Positions 8,592-18,141 of a stretch of DNA of 32,000 bases are shown here, piece after piece. The translations under genes were made by a program, and so were the position numbers. This DNA comes from Acaryochloris thomasi RCC1774 (GTDB lineage: Bacteria; Cyanobacteriota; Cyanobacteriia; Thermosynechococcales; Thermosynechococcaceae), in contig NZ_PQWO01000004.1 in assembly GCF_003231495.1 (NCBI RefSeq), positions 120,001-152,000 on the forward strand. The letters run 5' to 3'. The notes beneath the pieces were generated by a model that worked only from the letters and a program-made list of their open reading frames with translations, was not told where the DNA came from and did no database searches. Each line of letters opens with the position of its first letter. The stretch's first letter is position 1.

Positions 8592-9212
8592 ATGAAAGTC
8601 TATGAATTCAACGGTCTCCCAAATCCGGCACGGGTCCGCATTGCCCTTGCTGAGAAGGGTTTGACGGAAAAGGTCGAGTTTATTTCTGTCGATGTGCCCA
8701 ATGGTGAGCATCGGCAGCCCGAGTTTTTAGCAAAGAATCCCTTGGGGGCCGTCCCTGTTCTAGAGCTAGAGGACGGCACCACGATTTCTGAATGCACAGC
8801 GATCACAGAGTATCTTGACCACATTACGGGCGAGATCACTTTGACCGGACGCACTCCCAAAGAGCGGGCCACGATTCACATGATGCAGCGTCGTGCTGAG
8901 TCCGGGTTGCTGGATGCGGGTACCACCTATTTCCACCATGCAACGCCGGGGCTGGGTCCCGATCTAGAGACCTATCAGTGTGCAGAGTGGGGTCAGCATC
9001 AGCGGCAAAAGGCTGTCTCAGGGATGCATTATTTCAATGAGGTGCTGGCGAAGCAGGACTATCTTGCCGGTGAGCAGTTCTCGATGGCTGATATCACAGC
9101 CTTTGCGGGACTGGCCTTTGCAGACTTTGCCAAAATCGATATCCCGGTGGAGTGTGGTCATTTGCAGGCATGGCGTGAGCGTGTCAGTCAGCGCCCCAGC
9201 ATCTCAGGTTAA
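8592..9212 (+). CDS. glutathione S-transferase family protein
   Basis: N-terminal thioredoxin-like fold (NPLGAVPVLELEDGTTISECTAITEYL) and a C-terminal helical domain (FSMADITAF). Confidence 0.85.
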   Translation: MKVYEFNGLPNPARVRIALAEKGLTEKVEFISVDVPNGEHRQPEFLAKNPLGAVPVLELEDGTTISECTAITEYLDHITGEITLTGRTPKERATIHMMQRRAESGLLDAGTTYFHHATPGLGPDLETYQCAEWGQHQRQKAVSGMHYFNEVLAKQDYLAGEQFSMADITAFAGLAFADFAKIDIPVECGHLQAWRERVSQRPSISG

Positions 9213-9245
9213 ATCTAATTCAGCGACATCGAACAGGAGAGCAGT

Positions 9246-9938
9246 ATGGATTTGAATGCAGATTTTAGTCAGCGCGCAGCAGTCCATGCTGCTCAACTCG
9301 ATTGGCTTCCTTCGCCGATGCCGGGGGTAGAGCGCCGGATGCTAGATCGTGTTGGTGATGAAGTCGCCCGCGCTACCTCGATTGTTCGGTACGCACCCCA
9401 GAGTTCTTTCTCACCCCACGTCCACACTGGAGGGGAAGAGTTCTTGGTGCTCGACGGCGTGTTTCAGGATGAGCATGGTGATTTCCCTGCCGGTAGCTAT
9501 ATCCGCAACCCACCAGAGTCGAAGCACAAGCCTGGGTCTGACCTTGGCTGCACGATTTTTGTGAAGCTGTGGCAGTTTGATCTTAAGGACCGTACCCATG
9601 TACGCGTCGATGCTCGCACAAGAACGCAGTCCGAGGTGTCCGACCGGCCTGGTGTTAAGACCACGCCATTGTTCCATGATGGCCGTGAAGCAGTCCGGCT
9701 AGAGTCTTGGAAGCCGGGTGTCACTCTCAACTATCAGCCGGAGGGCGGGCTAGAAGTTCTAGTCTTAGAGGGCGAATTCACGGAGGGCAATGAAACCTTT
9801 ACAGAGCAGTCTTGGCTGCGCTTACCTATTGATGCAAAGCTGTCTGCTCAAGCGGGGCCGGTCGGCTGTCGCTGTTGGGTGAAAGAGGGCCATCTACGGC
9901 ATCTCGATCTGGATGTTTTGACGCGCTTGAGGGCTTAG
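9246..9938 (+). CDS. cupin domain protein (ChrR-like cupin)
   Basis: The cupin core is HVHTGGEEFLVLDGVFQDEHGDFPAGSYIRNPPESKHKP, and the C-terminal half holds a second cupin-like repeat. It probably forms an operon with the GST gene. Confidence 0.75.
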   Translation: MDLNADFSQRAAVHAAQLDWLPSPMPGVERRMLDRVGDEVARATSIVRYAPQSSFSPHVHTGGEEFLVLDGVFQDEHGDFPAGSYIRNPPESKHKPGSDLGCTIFVKLWQFDLKDRTHVRVDARTRTQSEVSDRPGVKTTPLFHDGREAVRLESWKPGVTLNYQPEGGLEVLVLEGEFTEGNETFTEQSWLRLPIDAKLSAQAGPVGCRCWVKEGHLRHLDLDVLTRLRA

Positions 9939-10148
9939 GGGCTGCTTGCTGTGCGGCTCAAAGCTGCCTGCAAACATGAATTCTTCAAATTCTTGCTTTC
10001 GACATCGTTGCCGCTCTCCCACATACGAAGTTTCGACACTTTCTTGAATAGGGGCGCTGTTGCGGGTTTTGAAAGGTGAGATCGCTTCTAGCCCTAGCGT
10101 TTCATTTTTTGAAACTGCCACGGGTTAAGCTGCACAGCCACTTATGCT

Positions 10149-11873
10149 ATGGACAGCTTCATCTCAAGTCAGTTCATGCCCCCAAAAATTCCTTTCATGG
10201 CTAAGCGACAGATTCAACAACAGCTTAGAGCTTCTGCACTCTCATTAGGCTGCCTGTTGGCGACTGCTTCAGCATCTAGCTTTGCAAATACCGCAAGCAC
10301 TTCTAACCTGACTGGATTTCAAGCAGAACGTCTGGCACAAACAGCTGATGAACGGCCTCCAGAGATTTCAATCGAAACGAAGCGGGAGATACTGCGGCAG
10401 GCAAGTGCGATCGCAAGTAATATGAACCCCTCCCAAGCGCAGCGGACCGCGTGGATCGAGATTGCGATTGCCTACGGCGATATAGGAGAGGTAGAAAGCG
10501 CCAGACAGCTACTGCAAAAAGTGCCTAGGGGTTTAGAGCCAGCGGACCATTCTTTTTTTATTCACCACTATGTCGATAGGATTAGCGAACTAGCGCCAGC
10601 CTATGCCGCGATTGGCGACGTAGAAACAGCAACCGCGTTGATAGCAGATGCGATCGCAATCATCTCGGATTCTCAAGCGATTAGAACGACATTAGGTCGC
10701 TCAGTTCACGACTCGTTTATAGATGCCCTGCGAGGCGAAGCGACCGGAGAGCTGGCTAAAGCCTATGGCAGCATGAAGCAGGCTTCCGTCGCTCAAGCGG
10801 GACTCTCCACCCTGACAGACCTTGCTAAAGACAACATCAGAAATGAGTATCAAAGATCTTCAGCGCTCAGTAAGATTGTCTCTGCCTATGGTCAGCTCAA
10901 TGAACCGGCGATCGCGAGTGAAGGCATCGATCAGATCAGTGAGTTAGCAAAGAAGACAGACGCAACCTGGTTGCAGTCTAATATTGCAAAAGCCTACTTT
11001 CAAATCGGCAATCAAGGGGCCGCCTACCCTTGGCTAAAAGCCGTTACGCTTTCCGATAGCAGCGTTTACTTAGAGGATGCAGTCAAGCTCTACGGCCAGA
11101 TGAATAATAAGCAGTTGGCTGAACAACAACTGCTGGCTTTACTCCCCAAAGCAGAAAAGATAGAACGACCATCCGACAAAGTAAGGGGATTGAGCGAAGT
11201 TGCGATCGCATTTCACACCCTGGGTAACCGGGACAAAGCACAACAGGTCGTGAATCTCATCTCATTAACCGCTTCAACCGAGCTAAATCCAGCAGAGTTT
11301 ATCCTGACACTGCCTCACCTGGCTAATCTATATCAGCAGCTAGAATTACCCTTAAAACAACAGGAAACGATCGATCGACTGTACACAGAATTTGTAGAAA
11401 CTGAACATCCGACTCAAAAAGTATTTCTCTTCATGTTGCTATGCAGGCTTTACCCACAGGTAGACAACGAAGCTGCACCCAAGTACCAAAATGCTCTGCT
11501 GGACTACGCTAGACGTGCCTTGACCAGCGCAGACCAAGCAGAATTTCTTGGACTAGTCGCGGCTGCGGTTAGCCAGCGTGGAGAAACAGAAGTAGCCCTA
11601 CAGATCACAGATGAAATTAGCCAAATTATTATGACTTACCCAGCAGAGGGGAATGGGGGGCTGGGTAGTGGCTGGGGTTTCCCGATGATGGCAAAAGTCT
11701 ACACTGATATAGAAGACACTCAACTCGCCCAGCAAAAGCTTCAACAACTCACGGCACTAGCCCAAGAGACCTTTGGAAAACCGAACGGTGACATCCAAGA
11801 CTTTATTATCAGTGCGTATCTGAAGCTCATCTCAGAAGATGACAAAACGGAACTGCACCCGGGCCTATTTTAA
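10149..11873 (+). CDS. secreted TPR-like repeat protein (function unknown)
   Basis: Signal-like MAKRQIQQQLRASALSLGCLLATASASSFA; the start at 10197 may be the real one. At least 8 repeats follow the pattern hydrophobic-A-x-A-Y-x-x-hydrophobic-G-x(4)-A-x(3)-L, e.g. IAIAYGDIGEVESARQLL, LAPAYAAIGDVETATALI, LAKAYGSMKQASVAQAGL and VAIAFHTLGNRDKAQQVV. Confidence 0.7.
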   Translation: MDSFISSQFMPPKIPFMAKRQIQQQLRASALSLGCLLATASASSFANTASTSNLTGFQAERLAQTADERPPEISIETKREILRQASAIASNMNPSQAQRTAWIEIAIAYGDIGEVESARQLLQKVPRGLEPADHSFFIHHYVDRISELAPAYAAIGDVETATALIADAIAIISDSQAIRTTLGRSVHDSFIDALRGEATGELAKAYGSMKQASVAQAGLSTLTDLAKDNIRNEYQRSSALSKIVSAYGQLNEPAIASEGIDQISELAKKTDATWLQSNIAKAYFQIGNQGAAYPWLKAVTLSDSSVYLEDAVKLYGQMNNKQLAEQQLLALLPKAEKIERPSDKVRGLSEVAIAFHTLGNRDKAQQVVNLISLTASTELNPAEFILTLPHLANLYQQLELPLKQQETIDRLYTEFVETEHPTQKVFLFMLLCRLYPQVDNEAAPKYQNALLDYARRALTSADQAEFLGLVAAAVSQRGETEVALQITDEISQIIMTYPAEGNGGLGSGWGFPMMAKVYTDIEDTQLAQQKLQQLTALAQETFGKPNGDIQDFIISAYLKLISEDDKTELHPGLF

Positions 11874-12012
11874 GAACAAGACCGTCGCGGCTTCAATTTC
11901 TGAAACCGTCAAGAGCCTGTGGTACAGAGATTTATGCACTACACAGCAGATTTAGATCCGGCTAAACGCAGGGCATTGCATTACCTCATTTACTTTCTAG
12001 CGCAGATATTTA

Positions 12013-13857
12013 GTGCATCCTATGAGTATTTCTTTAAGCAACGCTTTTTTTGCTTCAACGCCCCCCAAAATTGCTTTAGGAAGGCTGCCTAAGCTGGTAT
12101 CGGCCTGTGTCTCTGCACTGTTAATTACCGCACCGCAGTTGCCAGTGCGATCGCAAACGCCTCTCCCGTCTCTCATCACCCAAGCAAATCCGCAGCCATC
12201 AAAAAGCCTCTCGCCAGCCGCAACAGCAGAGCGAATCAAGAGACTAGATGCTGCTGTTTTAACCGTTGATAACGGCAGTAACGAAAAACCTGAAAATTCG
12301 ATTGGCACACTGCGTAGACTCGCTGATGCCTACAGTGAGTTGGGGGAGCAGGCGCGAGCAATAGAGCTACTAGAGCGATCAGAGCTGATTGCGAGTGAAA
12401 ACTCTGCTGCCCTCTATAGCTATCCACGCACCGTTGCTCGTATTGCCTCCTACTACAGTGGTATTGGTGAAGTCGCAACCGCTCAAAGGTTATTAGAACA
12501 AGCCGTTGAGCTAAGCCTGACATCCCCCAATGAGCGCTTGAGACCCTACGCCATCGGCGATATCGCCAAAGCCTATAGCCTGATAGACGATCCTGATATA
12601 ACTCAATCAGGACTTGCCACCCTCCTTGAGCTGGTGACAGATGCCGACAGCCCACTCTGGAAAACAAGAACTCCATTCGCCCCGACACAGCTTATCGACG
12701 CCTACCGTCAGCTAGACAATGCCGCAGAAGCAAACAAAGGGCTTTCAAAGCTTCTAGAGATAAAGCAACAGCAAGCAACCGCTATAGCTCATGGAACGCC
12801 TGAGAGCTTAAGCATTGCCACCCTCGGCCAATTTGCAACTGCCTATGGTCAACAGGGCAACACAGAGTCTGCTGAAAAGCTACTAGATCAAGCAGTGGAG
12901 CTTGTGCAAAACAGCGAGGAAAACGGCAGGAGATTTTACGATATCGGCAAAATTGCTGCTGCCTATGGCGATTTAGATGATGTGGCTACCGCTGAACAGG
13001 CACTTGCAGACCTGACAAAGCTGTCTCAATCAACAACACTTCCCTTTGAAAGAGAAAAACGGGCTGAAGCAGACGAGCTTCGCGTTTCTTTCGCAAGAAT
13101 CGAATACGACTTAGCTGCTTTGTTGCCGGTTGCGATCGCATATAGCAAGCTTGGCAACCGCTCAAAGGCGCAAGAAGTTCTGACACCTCTCACAGAAAGA
13201 TTTTCAGCATTTGAGGAAGCCGGTATATTAGCTGGCGGACTTATATACATAGAACCCCTCGCTCGAACCTATAAAGAAATTGGTGACATTCAAGGTCAGC
13301 AAGCGATCCTTAAGCAGGTATTCGCTGCAGTACCAGCACTACAGAAGAGTGCGTCTAAAGGATTGAACATTGCTGATGTGACACCTGGTTATTTAGGCAT
13401 TGGGACGCTTGTAACCGGCTATCTCGAAACAGAAGAAGATGAGATCGTTCAAGCACGGCTCCAAATACTAGAAGATTTCTTCAAGCAGATCCGATTTAGT
13501 GAAGGCGGCTTTTCAGGTCAGCTCACCGGGCTTGCCTCTGCTGCTATCACCAGAGGAGATGAAGCGACCGCACATCGTCTGATGACCGAAGCTATGCAGC
13601 TTTTAGGCACACCAGAAGATCAGCTCATTCCAGACGATTCGCGCTTTAGTGTGGTTCGTGTCGGCGGAGAAAACTTTGAACAAGTTCAGCATAGTAAGGT
13701 ACTCCGCAACATGGCTCGAAACTACGGCAGCATAAAAGATGAGCAAATGCGGCAAGCAGGACTTGAAGCAACTCAGCAATTAGCTGCCAAGCTCCTTAAA
13801 CCCGAATTGAGATCTGAGATAGACGATGTGATTGTCCGAGCCTACGCTGGCATTTAA
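12013..13857 (+). CDS. secreted TPR-like repeat protein, paralog of 10149..11873
   Basis: It has the same repeat grammar, e.g. LADAYSELGEQARAIELL, IASYYSGIGEVATAQRLL, IAKAYSLIDDPDITQSGL, FATAYGQQGNTESAEKLL, IAAAYGDLDDVATAEQAL, VAIAYSKLGNRSKAQEVL and LARTYKEIGDIQGQQAIL. The N-terminus has a hydrophobic signal-like segment. Confidence 0.7.
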   Translation: MHPMSISLSNAFFASTPPKIALGRLPKLVSACVSALLITAPQLPVRSQTPLPSLITQANPQPSKSLSPAATAERIKRLDAAVLTVDNGSNEKPENSIGTLRRLADAYSELGEQARAIELLERSELIASENSAALYSYPRTVARIASYYSGIGEVATAQRLLEQAVELSLTSPNERLRPYAIGDIAKAYSLIDDPDITQSGLATLLELVTDADSPLWKTRTPFAPTQLIDAYRQLDNAAEANKGLSKLLEIKQQQATAIAHGTPESLSIATLGQFATAYGQQGNTESAEKLLDQAVELVQNSEENGRRFYDIGKIAAAYGDLDDVATAEQALADLTKLSQSTTLPFEREKRAEADELRVSFARIEYDLAALLPVAIAYSKLGNRSKAQEVLTPLTERFSAFEEAGILAGGLIYIEPLARTYKEIGDIQGQQAILKQVFAAVPALQKSASKGLNIADVTPGYLGIGTLVTGYLETEEDEIVQARLQILEDFFKQIRFSEGGFSGQLTGLASAAITRGDEATAHRLMTEAMQLLGTPEDQLIPDDSRFSVVRVGGENFEQVQHSKVLRNMARNYGSIKDEQMRQAGLEATQQLAAKLLKPELRSEIDDVIVRAYAGI

Positions 13858-13858
13858 T

Positions 13859-14638
<780 letters not shown>

Positions 14639-14660
14639 TTACAGCAGGGCAATTGTAGCT

Positions 14661-15200
14661 CTACGCTTGCAGAGCTGGGAAGGTCTCACTCATCGCAGCC
14701 TGCATGGCTTGCTTTTGTTCGGCGTCGTAGCCCCACCGCTGCAGGAATTCAGTGTAGGTTCCGGTGTCGGTGGTGAGGCTTTGCCAAAGCTGCTGGGCCT
14801 CTTGCTCGACAGCAGGGAGCTTCACCTGATGAATAACGGCTGCTGTGCGCTCACGGGTAAGCTGCGACTGTTGAACCATGTCTGGGTTGTCTTGACGGCT
14901 ATGGGTCAAGGTCATAGCGGTGGACATCACAAGATTTTTGACAAGCAATCCTGCTACGGTGTCTGGGGCTGTGCGGAGGGCAGTTGCGATCGCATCCTTC
15001 TTCTCTTCATCCAGCTCAAACTCATTGGTCAAAAAGGTGACAAAAAAGCCTCGCGCCCCGTTCATCGTGGCGACTAGGTCTGCGACGTGAGACTCAACTT
15101 TAGAGGATGCTAGCTGATCGATATTGGTGAAGAGCGTTTGAGTCAATGCGATCGCATCTTGAAAGCTGACCTCTGAAGGTACTTGAAAATCTGTCGGCAT
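14661..15200 (-). CDS. hypothetical protein
   Basis: The ORF has coding-like composition and I recognise no family. The ATG at 15200 (MPTDFQVPSE...) is preferred over the longer 15260 start. Confidence 0.5.
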   Translation of the reverse strand: MPTDFQVPSEVSFQDAIALTQTLFTNIDQLASSKVESHVADLVATMNGARGFFVTFLTNEFELDEEKKDAIATALRTAPDTVAGLLVKNLVMSTAMTLTHSRQDNPDMVQQSQLTRERTAAVIHQVKLPAVEQEAQQLWQSLTTDTGTYTEFLQRWGYDAEQKQAMQAAMSETFPALQA

Positions 15201-15325
15201 TAGAGCAGACCTCACATGGGGGACTCTTTTCTTTATACCGCCCTCACCAAGCCACGGCAAAGCAGGGAGCTAGATCATCAATTGTGAGCGGCGATAGCTA
15301 TGGACTATTACGCTGCTCACATCGC

Positions 15326-16294
15326 TCAAACATCAAGAGGACTGCGGACACCCAATACACCTTGATTGAGAACATGGGTGTATACCATAGTCGTTTTGAG
15401 ATCTTTATGTCCCAAGAGTTCTTGCAGCGTCCGAATATCGTAGCCATTCTCTAATAAATGGGTGGCGAAGCTATGACGCAGGGTGTGACAACCTACTTTC
15501 TTGTTAATGCCTACTTTTTGAGCGGCTCTCTTGACTGCTTTTCGGATGACGCTCTGATCTAAATGGTGCCGCCTTGTTTTACCGCTGCGAGGATCGATGG
15601 ACCGTTTAGTAGAGGGAAAAACGTATTGCCAAATCCATTCTCGATTGGCCTCTGGGTATTTGCGTTCGAGAGCATTGGGCAGGTATACCTCTCCATAGCC
15701 TTGAGCCAAGTCATCTTGATGAATTTGTTTGACTTGAGTGAAATGAGCTTGCAAGAGTGGAGTAAGTGTTTGGGGGAGAACGGTCACTCTGTCACGTTTG
15801 CCCTTAGTTTCTCGAACTGTAATTTGTGAATGCCCGAAATCGAGGTCTTTAACTCTCAATCGTAAGCCTTCAGTCAACCGCATTCCTGACCCGTAGAGGA
15901 GTTTAGCAAACAGTTGCTGAATGCCGGACATGCCTTGCAGTAAGCGTTTTACCTCACCAGTTGTAAGGACTGTTGGTAGATGTTGTGATTGTTTGGCGCG
16001 AACGGCATCAATAGAGTCACCTAGAGGTTGCTTAAGAACGTATCGATAGAGGAACAGCAAAGCGCTGAGAGCCTGATTTTGGGTCGACGCAGCGACATCT
16101 TGGTGAACCGCTAAATGGGTTAGAAAGGCTTCTACTTCTGGTTCTGACATCTCTTGCGGGTGACGCTTATTGTGAAACAGAATAAATCGTCGAATCCATT
16201 GAACATAGCTTTCCTCGGTTCGATAAGCATAGTGCTTGGTACGCATGACATCACGCACTTGATCAAGCAGCTTTTTCGGTTTAGTCGCTTGCAT
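15326..16294 (-). CDS. intI: integron integrase IntI
   Basis: The N-terminal SAM-like domain is [33 protein letters not shown]. The catalytic residues are present: R ([12 protein letters not shown]), HxxR ([12 protein letters not shown]) and H/Y ([16 protein letters not shown]). The IntI-specific insertion is also present: [42 protein letters not shown]. The longest ORF reaches 16369, but the ATG at 16294 ([10 protein letters not shown]) matches usual IntI N-termini better. Confidence 0.9.
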   Translation of the reverse strand: MQATKPKKLLDQVRDVMRTKHYAYRTEESYVQWIRRFILFHNKRHPQEMSEPEVEAFLTHLAVHQDVAASTQNQALSALLFLYRYVLKQPLGDSIDAVRAKQSQHLPTVLTTGEVKRLLQGMSGIQQLFAKLLYGSGMRLTEGLRLRVKDLDFGHSQITVRETKGKRDRVTVLPQTLTPLLQAHFTQVKQIHQDDLAQGYGEVYLPNALERKYPEANREWIWQYVFPSTKRSIDPRSGKTRRHHLDQSVIRKAVKRAAQKVGINKKVGCHTLRHSFATHLLENGYDIRTLQELLGHKDLKTTMVYTHVLNQGVLGVRSPLDV

Positions 16295-16515
16295 CTGACA
16301 TGCCCAATAAAACCCTAGATTGTCATATATGGCGGAAAATTGCCTTCTAAATTTCTGTGAAGCAGCCAAGAAAACATCCCTAATTCCTTTTATGCAAAGA
16401 CATTAGCCGATTAGGATAAGATTCTTATATCAGGCTAGTTGCTCAATATATCTTTCAAGCTAAAAGTGTTACCCTGCCTTTAGCTAAGACTTTCAACGCG
16501 GTTTATTCTTTCTTC

Positions 16516-16550
16516 TTAGGAGGCAATTTGCCTCCTAAGCATAGTTAGCC
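16516..16550 (+). other. attI-like recombination site
   Basis: A 23-nt palindrome TTAGGAGGCAA-T-TTGCCTCCTAA is followed by GCATA-GTTAGCC. The segment CCTAAGCATAGTTAGCC resembles the attI1 simple site CCTAAAACAAAGTTAGGC (from memory). Several additional TTAG[GC] motifs lie upstream at 16410-16490. Confidence 0.55.
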
Positions 16551-16606
16551 TATCTTTGTAAATGGGCATACTACTGTGATGTACTGTCATTTCTTTATTT
16601 GAAACT

Positions 16607-16900
16607 ATGGCTTACGCTCATGAAATAAAGTTTTTCATCAAAGATAAAGATTTATACGCTGCTCTATTTGATAATCCGCCCTTTTTTGCTAATGAGTTTT
16701 GGATTAAAAATGTGAAAGCACAGGAGCTGGGAATATCTGAATTACCTCAAAATGTAAAACTTGAGCAAAAGTATAAAGTGGAAGACCTAGGAATCAAGCC
16801 ATTTCACACAACTAAACCTGAATTTGAATTCATGGATGCGTTGGCTGAAACTGCCTGGAAAAAGGGTGTTAAACTGGCCATTGGCTCTTTTCTCCCTTGA
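16607..16900 (+). CDS. integron cassette 1 ORF, hypothetical protein (97 aa)
   Basis: A single ORF between the attI-like GTT (16544) and attC1. It is AT-rich compared with its flanks, and I recognise no family. Confidence 0.55.
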   Translation: MAYAHEIKFFIKDKDLYAALFDNPPFFANEFWIKNVKAQELGISELPQNVKLEQKYKVEDLGIKPFHTTKPEFEFMDALAETAWKKGVKLAIGSFLP

Positions 16901-16954
16901 GTGGATACGAAGCGATTGCCTCTAGCCAATAAAGTTTGTAGGCTCTGTGTTTTT

Positions 16955-17046
16955 GTCTAACAATGGTATGCAAATGGACGCTCGAAACACGCTACTTGTC
17001 AACGCTTTAAAATAATTCTCGCGCCCCTGATACCAAGACGTTAGAA
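16955..17046 (+). other. attC site 1
   Basis: It begins with R''-like GTCTAAC and ends with R'-like GTTAGAA, which are inverse complements at 6 of 7 positions. The internal arms TGGTATGCAAATGGACGCTCG and CGCGCCCCTGATACCA pair imperfectly, with bulges. Confidence 0.75.
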
Positions 17047-17088
17047 ATACGTATCTACTCACAATCTAGTACAGCGATAAAACTGCCA

Positions 17089-17769
17089 ATGCCGCTTGAA
17101 CTACATAACTACGTTTGGAGTGGAGAATGGTTGATTCAGATTGAGAGTCAGCCCAGTCATATTGATGGTGTACTAGATACCGTTCAAAATGTACGAAAAA
17201 GTTCCAATCTAGATTGGGAAGATATTTATTCAGCCTATTATGAGTGTGAAGAAGACGGCACCATTACTTTCTACGAAGGCGAAAGTTCAGAGGCGGGGAA
17301 TCCAGGGGTATGGACTTATGTCGTGTACGACTGTCCTGAAGGAAAGGAGGAGGTTTTATCCAATCCCAACATTGATGTTCTAGCTGCCTTATTAAAAGTT
17401 GAGCGTGGCATTCAAGACAGGAAAAACAGCAGAGCAGATCTACTACCACACGCAGAAAATGCGGTGGTCGATATTCGCAAGCTACGTGACTATTGCCTTA
17501 ATCCAGAGCATGATGCTGGAAAGCATAAGGCTCGTTTGTTTTTCTCAATTTTAGGGATGACTGCTGAACACGCTGATGAATTGCAAGCGATTCTGCTCAA
17601 AATTGTTAAGACAGGTGACGTTTGCTTAGGAAGGCAAGATCAATTTGGGCAACGCTACACACTAGATTTTGTTCTTGAATGGCACAATAGAAGTGCGACT
17701 CTTCGGAGTGGATGGATGCTCGAAAATGGTTCAACAGTCCCGAGATTAACAACCTGTTATCCATTGTAG
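17089..17769 (+). CDS. integron cassette 2 gene A: unknown N-terminal domain plus DUF6883-like C-terminal domain
   Basis: 226 aa. The C-terminal half, VVDIRKLRDYCLNPEHDAGKHKARLFFSILGMT...GQRYTLDFVLEWHNRSATLRSGWMLENGSTVPRLTTCYPL, fits the DUF6883 pattern as I remember it (K-L-x-x-Y-x-L-N-x-x-H...KA-x-x-F ... P-R-L-x-T-x-Y-P). I do not recognise residues 1-115. Confidence 0.65.
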   Translation: MPLELHNYVWSGEWLIQIESQPSHIDGVLDTVQNVRKSSNLDWEDIYSAYYECEEDGTITFYEGESSEAGNPGVWTYVVYDCPEGKEEVLSNPNIDVLAALLKVERGIQDRKNSRADLLPHAENAVVDIRKLRDYCLNPEHDAGKHKARLFFSILGMTAEHADELQAILLKIVKTGDVCLGRQDQFGQRYTLDFVLEWHNRSATLRSGWMLENGSTVPRLTTCYPL

Positions 17770-17787
17770 TTAGTGGAGGTAAGAACA

Positions 17788-18036
17788 ATGACAGCAAATT
17801 CTATCAAGTTACTAGATGTTGTAGCATTGACAGTCGATTTACCAGATTACAACTTGTGGTGTGGGCAAGTTGGTACCGTGGTTGAGACGTTGGCTACTGA
17901 GACTGCATTTGAAGTTGAGTTTAGCGATCGTGACGGACGAACATTTGAGTCTATTGGATTACGATCAGAGCAAATAATGGTGTTGCATTTTGAGCCAGCA
18001 TCGCCAGACTTAAAGCCTGCAATGGTAGCAACATAA
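17788..18036 (+). CDS. integron cassette 2 gene B: DUF4926-like small protein
   Basis: 82 aa from the ATG at 17788, preceded by GGAGG at 17775-17779. It starts 18 nt after the stop of gene A. LLDVVALTVDLPDYNLWCGQVGTVVE...FEVEFSDRDGRTFESIGLRSEQIMVL matches the DUF4926 pattern from memory. Confidence 0.65.
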   Translation: MTANSIKLLDVVALTVDLPDYNLWCGQVGTVVETLATETAFEVEFSDRDGRTFESIGLRSEQIMVLHFEPASPDLKPAMVAT

Positions 18037-18141
18037 ACCAGCGCAACAACCGTATTGCAACGAAGAGTATCAAAAACCTGATAAGGGTTCGGTGTTGTGA
18101 TTAATTGTCTCAGTCGTAAAAGCTTTTCCGTCTATTTGTTT

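Noticed and set aside
10230-10250. LSLGC in the 574-aa repeat protein as a lipobox
   Set aside because: Leu is at position -2 rather than -3, and the hydrophobic region continues after the Cys (CLLATASASSFA). A standard signal peptidase I site after SFA seems more likely.
15283-15321. Inverted repeat TGTGAGC...GCTCACA just downstream of intI
   Set aside because: The stem is only 7 bp with a loop of about 25 nt and no T-run. It is too weak to call a terminator or a recombination site.
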